Part shown: positions 1 through 14,441 of the stretch, in pieces
Position numbering within the stretch: position 1 is the first letter of the stretch
Layout: every line of letters begins with the position of its first letter
NCBI GenBank assembly: GCA_043228905.1
Contig: JBHGNT010000003.1
Span: forward strand, 11,780,001 to 11,844,000
Direction: 5' to 3'
Length of the DNA: 64,000 nucleotides
Source of the DNA: Azolla caroliniana
Lineage: Eukaryota > Plantae > Polypodiophyta
Made by a program: the position numbers and the translations under genes
The notes under the pieces: model-generated
What the model was told of the DNA's origin: nothing
The model's database searches: none
What the model saw: the letters and a program-made list of their open reading frames with translations, nothing else

Positions 1-449
1 GGCCCTTCTATGTTAACCAACTCTGGTTCTGATTCTGGTTGTCTCTGTGCTACTTCTAGAACCATCTACTGTGCATTCTCAACACTTCTTGCCGGCATCC
101 ACTCCACACATTGCTTCTTCCTCCGTAGTATCCTAGTGGGCTTCTCTTTCCGGTCGTGCTCACACTGATTCCCTGTGCTACTTGTATTCGAAGATTCTTT
201 GCCGGTCCCTTCTCTATCGTTGTTCGTCTAACCATGTCATTGTTCGTCTTTGTCTTTTTGGTTGTCTCTCGCACCATGATTTCCCACACATGCACATTGT
301 TGCTAACCGCACACTTGCAAATACGTCCATTGCATATCCTTTTGCGACGTAATCTCGCACATCACCGTGTTGCATTCCTCAACCTTGACGGCTCCTAATC
401 ACGATCACCATTTCCCGCACATCGTCCATTTGATTTCTCGCACATCAGT

Positions 450-790
450 TATTATGGGCATGACCATATAATATCCCGTGGTGAGAATTTACCGTAGTAT
501 TCTATACATGTGGATAAGTGTGAGGGTTAAACGAGAGTGTAAATAAGGGGAGGATTACTTTTAATCCTCGAGATTGACACAAACCATTAGGCCAAGTGTG
601 AACTTGCATGGGGTGGGGGCCTTGGGTATCACTATAAATATGAGGCCTAGCTACCCTCATTTCATCATATCTTGACTACGTCGAGACTCTATTTCGTGGT
701 GGGTCAACTCTTGTAGCGAGCGCGCCAGCACTAGGTATGAATCGACGCCACGGCGGTGGTATGGGATGCCAATTGAGGCTCGAGTCTGTC
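450..790 (+). repeat. Truncated LTR of family A (chromovirus), fused directly to the PBS of Copia G
   Basis: Aligns by eye with LTRs at 3477 and 10058 (..GGGCATGACCATATAATATCCC..GAGGCTCGAGTC); lacks the last ~130 bp. Confidence 0.9.
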
Positions 791-802
791 TGGTATCAGA
801 GC
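791..802 (+). promoter_or_regulatory. Primer-binding site, tRNA-iMet (Copia G)
   Basis: TGGTATCAGAGC; the sequence that follows differs from the family-A leader and leads into Copia gag. Confidence 0.8.
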
Positions 803-1425
803 TTGACATTTCTTTTGGTTTTACTGCCATCATCTACTTAGTCTCCATTAGCAACTCTCCCCTCTTCACATCGTGAAGATCTCAGTTGGCAACTCTCTAC
901 AAGATCTTTTTTTTTTGTGGGAAGAAAAACGGCTGCAAACCTACACTCCATTGCTCTAAATCACCATTAAAGTAAGCTCGTTGGCTGTACTTTACCACTG
1001 TGATTGTAGCCACTCATAGTGAGATTTTATTTTGAAGGCTCTGCCTCAATCGTGCTACATCGGATAAGACAACAATCGAATATGTCAATCGACGCTATTC
1101 ACTTGTTCATTAGAATCACTCATAGTAGTTTGGGCTCCAGGGAACTACCCCACTCTATGCTTCATTCAGCTGAACGTCATTCGGGAGGACCAGTCGGCTC
1201 CATCCCTCTCATCATTGCAGTCACCCAAAGTAGGATCGGCTTGGATAATCGGCACATAATCTGTGATCGGCATCTTAAAATCGACACTCGAAATCGAAAT
1301 CGGCAAATCGGACTAGAACAACATCTGGAGAGCCAGTCGGCTGCTTCCCACCACCGTTCGTAGTCGACTCCGAACAAAGTCCACTCAACCAACACAAATG
1401 GCATCAACATCCGGCTCGTCACAGA

Positions 1426-1626
1426 TGAATCTAAGGAAGTTTGACGGATCGAACTTCAACTTCTGGAAGGAATAGATGCAAGACTATCTAATAGTCAAGG
1501 GTTAGATCGATCCAATCAAGAACGAAAACCAGCCAGAAGGATACAAGCCGATTGAGTGGCAAAAGCTGGACATGATTTTCTGTGCCACAATTCGGATGCA
1601 CCTGTCAGAGTCCATGTATTTCACAG
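1426..1626 (+). pseudogene. gag: Copia G gag N-terminus (interrupted by B1)
   Basis: KFDGSNFNFWKE*MQDYLIVKG..ATIRMHLSESMYFTV, typical Copia gag start. Confidence 0.8.
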
Positions 1627-1978
1627 TTCATTGCAACGCAGTCACTTTGAGGTCTAATTTGAAGGACTAACTGTACACCGTGTTCCTAATCCGTAACACT
1701 TTTGGCACGCTTGGTGATCTGTGTCTCCTCATAGACAAACAACGACGAATGGATGTTTAGCCGCAGACGTCCTAGAGAACCAACGCGACAAGATCAACCA
1801 ATCAAACGGTCCATCACACGCTAGGAAGAGGACCGCGCATGGCAAAAACCTCATCTCAGCGACCTCAGTGATACCTGTCGAGATCACAAAGACAATTTCT
1901 CGCTACCCAAATACCTTGGCGACAAGCAGGAAGTACGCTCACCACTATGGTCTTTCCCTGCCCCCCGTAGCGTCCAAC

Positions 1979-3476
1979 ATGGCCTTCTCTTATCCCCGCT
2001 TCAATAGCGAAACCGACGCTGCAACCCACATTCAACTGTTCCTGAATGTCTGGAATGCAAATCACATGGCGTAGAAACTTTCTAATGAAGTAGTGCACCA
2101 GTCCAAAATGACAGAGTTCGGATTAACCCTAGATGGGAGAGCAGCATTTTGGCATTCGCAAATGGATCTGCCAGCAATCACAACCTTCGACCAACTACAA
2201 TCGGCCTTTCTGCGTTTCTTTCATCGGAGGGTGCCGCAACGCGAAATCCTCGGGCAGTTTTTTACAATTAAACAGTTACCGGCCGAGACTGTAGTGGATT
2301 TCAATTTACGCTTCCAAAATCTACGGTAGAAATCAGAACGGGGCCCGACGGAGGATGAGGCTCGGGAGACATTTTTGGCAGCTTTATGACAACCGATATG
2401 GACCACGCTCAACAACAATAGCGTGAAAGGAGAAACGACCGATATGGTCATAGAATAGCGCTATAGCTCATGCTAGACAAAGAAAAGGAAAGGTTTTCCA
2501 TGTCCTCATTACGGCAAGTGTTTACCTCAAGACGAGGAACGAAATTTTCGCCAGGCAATCCAGTGCACGATTTGCTTAAATTTTGGGCATTCTGCAGTCA
2601 AATGCAGCATGTGAATCCACTTCCCAATCTTTCAGTCAAAAGCTCACATGGTCGAGCAGTGTGAGTACAATATGTTGAGCAGATCCATGCCTACAGTACG
2701 AAGCGTGGAAACACAGCGCCCCCCTCGCCGTAATGAGTAAAGGCGCCACGAAGAACGACCCCAGTATACGGATCAGATCCCACGCAATGACCGACACTAC
2801 CGGAATCGCCGGAATAAAAACGATTCCGAAGAAGAAGAGCCGGAGGATGAAGACTACCAAGCCAACCACAGATATAATAAAGGAGGCCGACGCTACGAGA
2901 ATTACCGTCCAACGAACAAATAGGGCGGCTTCAATGGGCCTCGCGGGAAACATCGCTAGTATCGAGACCAATGACGGTACGATGAAAGTTCGGGCGATGA
3001 CCGGCACCAGGAACCGCACCAGGACCAACAACAACCACCGCGTACGCTCAGAAGAATGAACCAGGACCGGGAGGAGCAAGTCACACCCGGGGAACGGCAC
3101 GCACCACTAGTTGTCGAGAAAGGCGAATCTAGTGTCCATTGTTTTGTTTGCCAATAGCCAGGACATTATCCTACACAATGCCCACTACGCAAAGGCAAGG
3201 GGCCAACCATCAATACGATTATGCCGGAAGTCCAACAAGTCACGACACGACAACAAACAAAAAATTTGATTGGGCCGTACAAGATGAGGTACGTCAGACG
3301 GCCCAAGCATTGGTAGAGAGAGCGAACGCGCCAAATACGGAACGTGGCAAATACGGAACGGGGAGCCTTCGGAGGAAGATGTAATATCTCTGGATCCCTT
3401 ATGGCAAGCAATGGCAGGTTGCGAGATAACATTGACCATGGAGAAGCTACTTCAACTAGTCCCACGGTTCCGCCAG
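1979..3476 (+). pseudogene. gag: B1 gag (capsid plus zinc knuckles), with stops and frameshifts
   Basis: MAFSYPRF..; FFTIKQLPAETVVDFNLRFQNLR (retrotrans_gag-like); CCHC-type knuckles near 2565-2670 and 3140-3185. Confidence 0.8.
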
Positions 3477-3932
3477 TGTTACGAGCATGACCATATAATA
3501 TCCCGTGGTGAGAATTTACCGTAGTATTCTATACACGTGGATAAGTGTGAGGGTTAAACGAGAGTGTAAAGAAGGGGAGGATTACTTTTAAATCCTCGGG
3601 ATTGAGACAACCCATTAGGCCAAGTGTGAACATGGCTGGCGGCCTTGGGTATCGCTATAAATAGAGGCCTAGCTACCCTCATTTCATCATCTTGTTGACT
3701 ATGTCGAGACTCTGTCTTGTGGTGGGTTAACTCTTGTAGCGAGCACGCCAGCACCAGGTACGACTCGACGCCACGACGGTGGTATGGGATGCCGATCGAG
3801 GCTCTAGTCCGTCTCGATCCCTTCGCTTGGGAGTGGTCGGGTGGATCGACACCCTTCTTTCTCTATCTCCTTTCTTTCTATCTACCTAGATCTATCCTTA
3901 TCTAATGCTTACTTTAGTACATGTCTATAATA
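3477..3932 (+). repeat. 5' LTR of A
   Basis: Direct repeat of 10058-10520; TATA-like CTATAAATAG; followed by TGGTATCAGAGC. Confidence 0.95.
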
Positions 3933-5626
3933 TTTGGTATCAGAGCCTATGTACTAATGTTTCTTTTGTTGGTCTTATCTTCTCGATGGATGGCGATCGA
4001 TCGTTGTGCGGTTGGCCTTCATGCAGACAAGGATCAACAAGGAACTTCGGTAATCTTTCTTGTTATTTTTTGTCTATTTTTTCTTCTCCCATCTAATCAT
4101 GTGTATGGTTAATATGTAGATTATTTTCATTAATTAAATGATGTTGTAGTGGTATTTAATTGGTTATCTAAAACGCTTACATATGTACACGAGGTCAATA
4201 CCTTGTTTGACATATAAATAATATGTGATGAGTGTCGTATACGTACGACATTAATACCTCAATTAAGTATTACGTTCACGAACATATGTTACATTTGCAT
4301 ATGAGGTCAACACCTTGATTTTGTTGTAAATGAAATGCGTTTGTTCTCGTATGCGTAACAGGTCAATACCTCAATTGCGTATTACGTTGAACCCTTATTT
4401 TTGGATGTCTTGTGTGCGTAGGGGTATATGCCTCGATTACGTATCTCGATTACATCATTTTTGTCTATTAAAGATAACAATTTCTTTAATATAGGCATAT
4501 GTGGTCACGTGTATACGTAGTTGATCGTATATATGTGATAATATACATATGTGTATATAAGTTATTACGTGATTTTAAATCGAATGTTTCCCTTTTTGGG
4601 GAAAGGTTCTTGGTGGCTGTCCTCACATTTTTGTGAGAATCGTGTTGTGACCGTCCCTTTTTTCAACAATTTTTTATTGTTGAAATCCTCGTTGGTGACT
4701 TCGATATTTCGTTACGTAAAGAAACGCCAATAGGCATAATGATGTTGAGTACATAGGGTTTGAACCACTTCATGTGAGGTCGTTCTTATGACATACGTAT
4801 CCAACATCCCTCCCTCATTACATGGATATGATGCCACCATGAGATCATTCCTACGAGAGGCATTCGTAATGACTTGACCATGTGATGGGCCACGTGGGCC
4901 TACCACGAAAAGAAGGCTCGTTTGGCTTGACCATTAGGTTGCACTTTGGTGTATGCCATCGTAATTACGGGACTTCAGGTTAGATAACGTACCAACATAG
5001 TTGTAGTAAATTAAGGCGAAATAAGGACTCTTGACATATATGTTTCTTTTAAAAAAACATATATGGGCAAATACCTCGCATATCTCTTATACGCATGAAA
5101 CATTAAACAATCAAGAAGAGCAACTTACTTGGTTGGTTGAAATGTTTAATGCATTTGTTCTCGAGGTCTCGAGTTCAAATATGACCAAGACCATACAACA
5201 TCGTTGATACATATGATTATAACACATGTTTAGACTTGAGGTCTAAGTGCAGTTCGGGGTCCTGGTAATAGGACTTAAAGAGCTGAAACCACATATGTGG
5301 GCACCGAAACATAGTTTACTGTTAACATTTTTTTCGTGTATAAACAATTCATGACGCGAACATACATGGTTGAGCCTAGGGGAGCCGCCATATAAAATCG
5401 ATATAGGGATCAGGGAAAGACATTCATTTGTCACCCCCATGGTTTTTAAAACACCTTTGTGTTACCATAGTAACCTGATCTTGAACCTCATCTCATAAGT
5501 CTAGAGGGGTATTGACGTGAGATCATGTTATCGATTAATGTTTGCCCATGATATGTTTACATCATGACATGATGTTATGATTATCTCTCTGACCTTATCC
5601 TATTTCTTTTCCAGAAATAATCATTT

Positions 5627-8600
5627 AATGGCTCAAAATAACGACCCGATGTCATCCACTCAAGCGGAAGGAACTCAAGGGAATCCTCCTAGACAAATGT
5701 CCATTGAGATGAATTTTTCGCAAATAACCCAATACCGCTCAACAGATGACCGAACTTCGGCAATCTCAAAGTGCACTCGAGGCACGTGTTATTAGTCTAG
5801 AATGTGAGACTAATAGACCTGATTAGCGACAGGGAGAACCATCATTTATTGTTAAGCCATTTACGAGAGACGAAACGAAAAGAACCAAAGAAGCAATCTG
5901 CACGTGGCTGGGCCGATGGGAGTCTCATTTTGAGCTCTATCCCACGCCAGATAGTACGAAGATTGCATATGTCAGCCGAGAACTACGGGGTAAGGCCGCC
6001 GCCTGGTGGCGTGGGCTCCGTACTTTGGGGAAATTACCCGATACCTAGACAGATTTTGTCACAGTTTTCAAGGGCCAATTTTTGCAACCTCCCTCTCGAA
6101 CCGAGGCAGCACAAGCTTTAATGAACCTCTCTAGCATGAAGTTTTCTTTGCTAGAAGGCTATGTCCACCATGTTAGAACCCAAATCCAAAAATGAGGTCT
6201 AGAAGGGGACAATTGGTTAATAGCTTGTTTTGTCAATGGCATCCCCAATTCGGACTATCACTGGATAGTGCACAATAAGGATCCAAAATCCTTCGAAGAG
6301 GCCGTTGAAATAGTTCTTCGCTATCAACGCACTTCGAAGAAGGACCACAATAAACCCAACGAAGCGCCCGGGACTAAGCAGTCGCAATTCGCTGGGAAAC
6401 GCAAGACACCCAACGAATTCATGGATCGTGATTGTAAGCGACAACATCCTTTTTGCATATTCTACAAAAAGAAGGGTCATATAAAAGAACAATGTCGAAA
6501 GCTCCAACGGAAAGAGCATGACAACAAAGCTAAAGTTGCAGACCATAAAGGTCAGATTCCTAATGTCCTTCAGGTCTATACATATCATTTAAGTAATTGT
6601 CAATGTTCTTTCCCTCACTAGGTATTGGAACCCAATGATTTACTACGTGCAAACGGGTATATCAATGGATCTCCCGTACAATTTTTGTTTGATTCGGGAA
6701 GCTCACACAGCTTTGTGAATGATCGTTTGGTTCAGATATAGGGAATCCAACCCACCATAAGTGATCACACCTACACGGTGCACTTGGCTGATGGAAGAGT
6801 ACAATACATCAACGGGGCGATTCATTCATTAGGAATTTCTATTGATACTTATATAGAGGAAGTAGACGTCCATGTAATGAATCTTTGTACCACCGACGTG
6901 ATACTGGGTTATCCCTGGTTTTATAATAAAAACTCTTCTTTATCTATTGATTGGGTTCATCATTCAATTACATTTGTATTGAACGATTGTACTCATTTTA
7001 TTCAATGTGTAAAAAAACAATCCCTCTCGATTGTTTCCTTGTGTCCATCAATATTCGAGTTATCTTGTTCTACTCTATTTTATTGCGTACTTGATCCAAA
7101 CATTCACGTTTACAATATCGATAATGTCTCGGTTCCATTAACATATTTTGAACAACAACTTGATGAAATCTTAAATGTTTTTTGTGATGTTTTTCTGAGT
7201 GAACTACCAGATGGCTTACCTCCTAAATGTAATATAGACCATCGTATAGATATTGTAGCTGGTGTTGCACCAATAAGTGTACCTCCTTATCGCTTAAGTC
7301 GATCCGTAGAGGATGAGGTATCTAAGCAACTCAAGGACTATTTACGAATGGGTTATATACGTTATAGTAAATCTCCATGGGGTGTACCAGTTCTCTTGGT
7401 TAAAAAGAAAGAGGGGCACATGACATATGTGTATTAATTACCGACGCTTGAATAAAGTGACGATCAAGAATTCGTATCCATTGCCCCGGGCTGACGATCT
7501 AATTGACCGTCTCCAGGGATCTCGGTATTTTACGAAACTTGATCTCCGTACTAGCTACCATCAAATTCATATAAGCGAGGACGATGTTCCTAAAACGGCA
7601 TTTTGTATGCGCTATGGCCATTATGAATTTTTGGTAATGCGTTTTGGTTTTACCAATGCTCCGACTACATTGCAACAAGAACTGAATGACATTTTCCGAG
7701 AAGAACTTGGAAAATTTGTCGTTATTTTCTTGGATGTTATTTTAGTTTATAGTCGTACATTACAAGAACATGCTAAACATTTCCGCTTTGTTTTACAAAC
7801 ATTGTGCGACAAACAGTTCTACACGGAGATCTCAAAATGTGAGTTCTTCAAGAAATCAATTACTTATCTTGGACATCTCATAACCGAACGAGGAGTTGAA
7901 ATTGGTCCTTCTCGCATCGAGAAAATCAAACTTTGGCCCACTCTTCGGAATATTCGAGAAGTTCGATCATTCCTTGGTTTTGTCGGGTTTTTGCGAAAAT
8001 CCCTTTGTTCGATCATTTGAGAAGTTCGATCATTCCAATTGACGACGCCGTTTACTGATTTTCTAAAAGGTCAAACGCATAAGTCTACAAAACCTATTGG
8101 GTGGAATGCTACACTAGACCTCGCTTTTAAGGAACTCAAGGACCTGGTATGCAAGGCTCCTTCACTTCTTTTACCCGATCCTTCAAAACCTTTTGAGGTT
8201 GAAACCGATGCAAGCGATTATGCTATAGGTGCTGTCTTGTATCAAGATGGTAAACCAATACCATTCGAGAGTAAGAAACTTGATTCTGCTCAATGTCGGT
8301 ATACCATTCAAGAAAAGGAATTATTTGCAGTTATACATGTGCTCAAAACATGGCGCCATTATCTTTATGGAAATCACTTTGTGGTAACTACGGACCACGA
8401 GTCCTTGAAATATTTTTGTGACCAACAAGACCTAAAAGGTCATAAGGCACGATGGGCTGATCTCATCCAGGGCTTTGATTTTTCCATACGATTTCGTAAA
8501 GGTTCCATGAACACTGTCGCTGATGCACTGAGTCGCATCCGTGAAGTTAACATGCTTAGCTTCACTGCAATATCATCAGATCTTTATGATCACCTTCGAG

Positions 8601-10040
8601 GAAAGTATCCTGATGACAGTTATTTTCCAAAATACTGGGCAAGAGTTGAGTCTGGATTAAACACCACCACATCCTCGAAGGAATACTTCCACATTGCTAA
8701 GGGTCTGCTCGACCATAATGGGAAGGTTTGTGTTCCAGATTTACCCGAGGTAAAAAAGAGGATTCTTTTTGAATGCCATGATGCACCCTCAGCAGGGCAC
8801 CCTGGAATACATCGTACACTCCTTCTCATCTCCACTAAATTTTATTGGCCTAAGATGCGCCCTGACATACATAACTAGGTGACTAAATGCCACCAATGTC
8901 AGGTTAACAAAGCCGAGCGACTTAAAGCCGCAAGACTTTTACATCCCTTGGACATTCCCAATAATGAGTGGGGAAGTATATCCATGGATTTTATTGTTAA
9001 CCTTCCTCGCACCCAAAAAGACCACGATGCCATATGGGTTGTGGTTGATCGACTAACTAAAATGGCCAGATTTATTGCTACTAAAACCACGTTACCAGCT
9101 CCAAATTTGGCTTACCAATTCGTTGACGAGTTATTTCGTTTTTATGGGTTACGGATGGATATCGTGAGTGATCGAGATCCCAAATTTACTAGTGACTTCT
9201 GGACGCAAGTCTTTAAGAAGTTAGAAACTACGTTGAGCATGAGCTCCACGGATCATCCTCAATCTGATGGACAAATAGAACGAGTAAATCAAATTATTGA
9301 GGACATGCTTCAAGCATATGTTGGTGCAAAACCAACAAAATGGGAACGTTATCTCCCAATTTTGGAGTTTGCTTATAATAGGTCCAAGCATATGTCGACA
9401 GGATATAGTCCTTTTATGTTGATGTATGGTTTTCAGCCACGAGCCCCGATTGATGTTAATATACATCATGATGAGTTGCAAAGCATGCAAAAATTTCTTC
9501 GGGATATGCAAAATATGTTGCATATTGTACGAGATAATATAAAAACAGCTCAAGATAGAGTGTGTTTTTATGCCGATCATCATACGCAAGCTCATGTATT
9601 CAACCCTAGACAAAAGGTATTTTCACGTGTACCTCACAATTCTAAGACATTTTCTACGGGTAAGTGCGCTAAGTTAGCCCCACGGTTTTGTGGACCTTTT
9701 ATAGTCCTCAAACGCATTGGGTCATCAGCCTATCGTCTCGCTCTTCCCGATGGTGTTGGAATTCATCTAGTCTTTCATGTAAATCGTCTAAAAGAACTTC
9801 TAGGTTTTGGCGACAATACAATTACAACTGAAACTTTGGTTACTTCTAAAGATTTATATTCTAAACCACATGTACCATAAAGAATTCTCGATGTTAAAAC
9901 AAAAAGATTATGTACTAAAAAAATCCAAGAATTTAAAATAAAATGGATGGATAACTCAATAAAAGATGCCACATGGGAACGCGAAAATACTCTCAGAACT
10001 AACTTCCCTAACTTTCCATTGCAAGAGTGCAATGTTTTAA
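5627..10040 (+). pseudogene. pol: A gag-pol: zinc knuckle, protease (LFDSGSSHSF), RT, RNase H (ETDASDYAIG), integrase (GHPG..ISMDF..DGQIERVNQ), group II-like chromodomain (KIKW..DATWE)
   Basis: ORFs 6268-6621, 6778-7437, 7427-8020, 8039-8878, 8879-9880 and the continuation to ~10020. Confidence 0.95.
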
Positions 10041-10057
10041 AGAGGGGGAGGGGAGTA

Positions 10058-10520
10058 TGTTACGGGCATGACCATATAATATCCCATCGTGAGAATTTAC
10101 CGTAGTATTCTATACACGTGGATAAGTTTGAGGGTTAAATGAGAGTGTAAAGAAGGGGAGGATTACTTTTAAATCCTCGGCATTGAGACAACCCAGTAGG
10201 CCAAGTGTGAACATGGCTGGGGACCTTGGGTATCGCTATAAATAGAGGCCTAGCTACCCTCATTTGAGGATCATGTTGACTACGTCGAGACTCTGTCTTG
10301 TGGTGGGTCAACTCTTGTAGCGAGCGCGCCAACACCGGGTACGACTCGACGCCACGGCGGTGGTATGGGATGCCAATTGAGGCTCGAGTCCGTCTCGATC
10401 CCTTCGCTCGGGGGTGGTCGGGTGGATTGACACCCTTCTTTCTCTCTCTCCTAACTTTCTATCTACCTAGATCTATCCTTATCTAATAATGCTTACTTTA
10501 TTTAGTACATGTCTCTAATA
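10058..10520 (+). repeat. 3' LTR of A
   Basis: Direct repeat of 3477-3932, preceded by PPT. Confidence 0.95.
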
Positions 10521-10525
10521 GCCAG

Positions 10526-13500
10526 GCTGTGGAGGATCGCATATCGCGCCGACCTGGGATAGGCATCTTCGCCAATTTTACGGACATCAGCGTCGGACCA
10601 TCAGTGGTGGATCACCACAATCCGGCTATTAAGTTCATATTACACCGTCAGGAAATCACAGGATGTGTAATCGACGGCAGCTCTGGCGTCAATGTAATTA
10701 GCGCGAAGACATGCGAACAATTGGGAATTTCAAAATGGGAAGCTTGCCCGTTTTGGATTCGCATGGCAGATACCCGCTCCGTATGGCCTTTAGGCTTAAT
10801 ATGCAAGTTAGGCATTATCGTTGGAGGACATCGCTTCGACGTCTCGGCGGTGGTCCTCGCCCTCGACGCCCCAGGAACGTATCCTATGCTGCTTGGGAGA
10901 CCGTGGCTTCGTGCAACAAATATCAAACAGAGTTGGCAACATAAGTGCATCAACTTTCAACGCGGACGCACCAAGGTTTGCGTACCAACAGAGGAAATGG
11001 CGGCACAACCCAAGGGCATCACACCGTTATACGCGGAAGATATAAATATGTTGGCTGGGGTGGATGATACGGAATTAGAAGTATACTTAGGCGAGCACCT
11101 CCGGATCATTCCGCTATTCGAAATTGACGTCATAGAAGCCGCGGCGGAATACGCCACCCCCGCTGCTCTCCACGATGAGGCTTACGAACCAAACCTGTAG
11201 TCAATATTAGAACTAAGCAGATCACGGGCAACGTTCGAGAGGGAAATGGAAATTTTACAATGAGTCACTGCCTCAGCCCTAGAAGAAGTAAACGTGGGTA
11301 CGACGTCAGAACCCTGATTCCTCTCCATCGCAAAAGAATTATTGTTGGATCAAAGAGACGCGATGATAGCACTACTCAGGAAGTATAAAGATGTGTTCAC
11401 CTGGTCCCATGAGGACATGAAGGGGTTGGATCCGAACTTCTATCAACATAAGATCAATTTAGCGACCGATGCGAAACCGGCCCAGCAACATCGATACAGC
11501 ATGAACCCAAATTACGCGGCTCGCGTAAAAGAAGAAATTGGCAAACTCCTCAAGGCCGGATTCATTCAACCAGTCAAACAAGCTACATGGTTAAGCCCAA
11601 TAGTAGTCATTCGTGGACTACCGGAAATTGAACGTCGTAACCATTACTGACGCCTTCCCTTTACCGTTCACTGACAACGTACTAGATGTCGTCGCAGGGC
11701 ATGACATGTACAACTTTTTGGATGGCTTCAATGGGTACAATCAAGTACGCATGCAACCCGATGACCAAGAGAAGACGACGTTTGTCACGGACTGGGGCAT
11801 CTATGTCGTAGTCGTCATGATGTTCGGGCTAAAGACAACGCCGGCTACATTTCAACAGACAATCACGGAGATTTTTGGGGATATATACCGGCCTTCATGC
11901 AAGTTTTTTTAGACGATTTTGCGATATATGGGACAACAGCCGACCATTTTTCACATCCATAGCTTTGCTTGGAGCATTGCCGAACCACGCGCTTAAGCTT
12001 GAATCCCGCCAAATGCGCCTTTGGTGTTACCAGCGGGGCTCTCCTCGGCCACATAATTAGTAAGGAAGGGATAGCGGTCAATACGAACAAAATCTCCGTA
12101 ATTGCTCACGCGACAACACCAACAAATGCGAAAGCACTCAACCGGTTTTTGGGACAAATATGATGGCATAGCCGGATGATACGCTATTTGGCGGACTTCA
12201 CCACGCCATTACATGCCGCCGTTCATCGTACTCCTTTAAAATGGACAACAACGGAAGATGCACTGAAGATAATGCTAACGTAGGCACCCGTCGTACAACC
12301 ACCGGTTTGGGAAGAACCATTCCACGTGTTCGTGGATGCCTCAGACATAGCAATAGGTAGTGCGCTAATGCAGCTCACGGAGCCGAATTGGTACCGACCG
12401 GTGTGCTACGCTAGTCGGAACTATCAACGGCTGAGCATAACTATTCCACAACGGAACGTGAAGTGTTGGGTATGATATACAACATCAATAAATTCCGGCA
12501 TTATCTTCTAGGGAGGAAATTCACATTTCAGGTGGATCATTCGGCATTGCTATATTTGGTAGGGAAACAGGCGCTGACAGGGAAAATGGCTTGATGGATG
12601 CTGCTGCTTCAAGAATTCGACTTTGTAATTCAGCACCGACCGGGTACGCAACATGTGGTGGTAGATATCTTCAGCAGATTAGAGAATGGGGAAATGGTGC
12701 AAAAGGATGACGACAACTTTCCGAATGCGGACGTTCTACGTGTAGCAACTCTAGTAGGACGAACGGAAAAGACTTTTCTGGATTGGTGGCTAATGGAAAT
12801 GACCTACTTCCTGACTACGGGGTTACCGCCACCCCAATTACGGACGGACGAGAAAAAACGACTGGTCATACGGAGTTGAAATTTCGGTTTAGTAGAAGAC
12901 ATCCTATACCACAAAGGTAGTGACAACATCTGGAGGCGCGGAATATGACAGGATGAGAAGGTAGCGGTTTTACACGAAACCCACTGTGGTATGGTAGGAG
13001 GACATTACGCGGGCGATGTTTGGCCCGGAAAATCTGGCAAGCCGGACTTTGGTGGCAAACTACGCAAAAGGATGAATATGAACATTGCAAATAGTGTGAT
13101 TTATGCCAACGGATGGGCCAGCCCATGGAAGTCGCAAGAATGCCACACCAACCAGTGTTGCCACTGGATCCTTTCCAAATGTGGGGGCTAGATTTTGTGG
13201 GGCCCTTTACCCCGGCGGCCGCTTGAACAAGCTATAAGTATATCCTGGTGGTCACGGATTACTGTACCAACGTAGAAGAGAAACCACTACGCGAGAATAT
13301 GATGGCGGTCACGACGAAATTCCTTTACGAACACATTTGGTGTCGTTTCGGCTAACCTATCGAGCTCATTAGTGACCAAGGGAGTCACTTTCTAAATACA
13401 GTCATCAGCGAACTAACCCAACATTAAGCTGTGGTTCACAAAAAATGTACGTCGTACTACCCACAAGCCAATGGCTTGGCAGAATCCACGAACAAAACCC

Positions 13501-14093
13501 TACAAACTATCCTCAAAAAGATAGTCAATGAGAACAGAACGAACTGGGATACCAAATTGCACAGCGCATTATGGGCATACCGTACCAACTATAAGACCAG
13601 CATACAATCAACGCCTTTCAAGCTAGCATTTGGGCTGGAGGCCATGATGCCAGTCGAATTCCAGGTACCCAGTCTGCGGATTGAAGTACGAGCCCGGCTA
13701 CCAGAGGGAATATCTGAGCAAATACGGCTACAACAACTACTGGAGCTAGGCGAAACACGGTTACGCAGTATGGCCATATTGGAGTAGGAACAGCGGCAGC
13801 GCAAAGCATTCGTGGACTGACACCGGCATGCGCGGGAAAAAGATTTTACGGTTGGGAAAGCGGTATTAGTTTTCCAAACACGCATGGGGCATATGCCAGG
13901 AAAATTAAGATTCCGCTAGATAGGCCCCTACTGGATAGTGGGAGCGGAACAGGGTATGTTTCAACGTGGCACGTTGGCTAGGGAAGTGTTACAACAAAAA
14001 GTGAATGGGTTTCGCCTTAAACCTTATCTGGGACCTATGCCACCTAACCCATTCCCCGTCGGATAGGATAAAGCCGGGAAATCCGCGGAGTAA
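10526..14093 (+). pseudogene. pol: B1 pol (PR-RT-RH-INT)
   Basis: IDGSSGVNV; DYRKLN..FLDGFNGYNQ; FHVFVDASDIAIG; YYPQANGLAESTNK. Confidence 0.92.
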
Positions 14094-14441
14094 GTATGGG
14101 GCTCCATTTGTACTATAGTGTAAAAAGAATATTGTATGTAACCGTTACGGGAAAAAGAAAGAAAGAAAGTGAGAAGATAGTGACGTTATTAAAAGGACTT
14201 AACGCATGCACAGACTTCTAGCCCAAGAACACGCGGCACCACAGTGGCTCACCGACCAATGAACCCTAGGTCACAAAAAGAAGGAAATAGAAGGTTTTCT
14301 GCACAGTACAGAAACCAACCATCTAACTCTCATCGCTCTCATCGTTCCCCTCCCTCACCCTCTTGTCCATCCTATCACAGAGCTCAAGTTTGCCATAGCC
14401 AGCAGTCCTCACCTATTAGCCACGAGCCTAACCATCCGACT

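Larger units (their letters stand above)
3477..10520 (+). mobile_element. Element A: full-length Ty3/Gypsy chromovirus, degenerate
   Basis: LTRs 3477-3932 and 10058-10520, TSD GCCAG (3472-3476 / 10521-10525), iMet PBS at 3935, PPT AGAGGGGGAGGGGAG before 10058, order gag-PR-RT-RH-INT-chromodomain. Confidence 0.97.

Noticed and set aside
1-449. Short ORFs and GCACATC repeats
   Set aside because: No recognisable domain; truncated at the window edge.
2066-2080. Same TAG at the same gag codon in B1 and B2 (also shared at 13917/54466), suggesting programmed readthrough or editing
   Set aside because: The sites look like CHG hotspots (probable CAG, CTGG); parallel deamination is sufficient.
3925-3932. 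Both A LTRs end in TA rather than CA, suggesting non-canonical termini
   Set aside because: Simple C>T decay is plausible and cannot be distinguished with one element.
3947-5626. Long AT-rich leader of A with small ORFs
   Set aside because: No coding signal; long 5' UTRs are common in chromoviruses.
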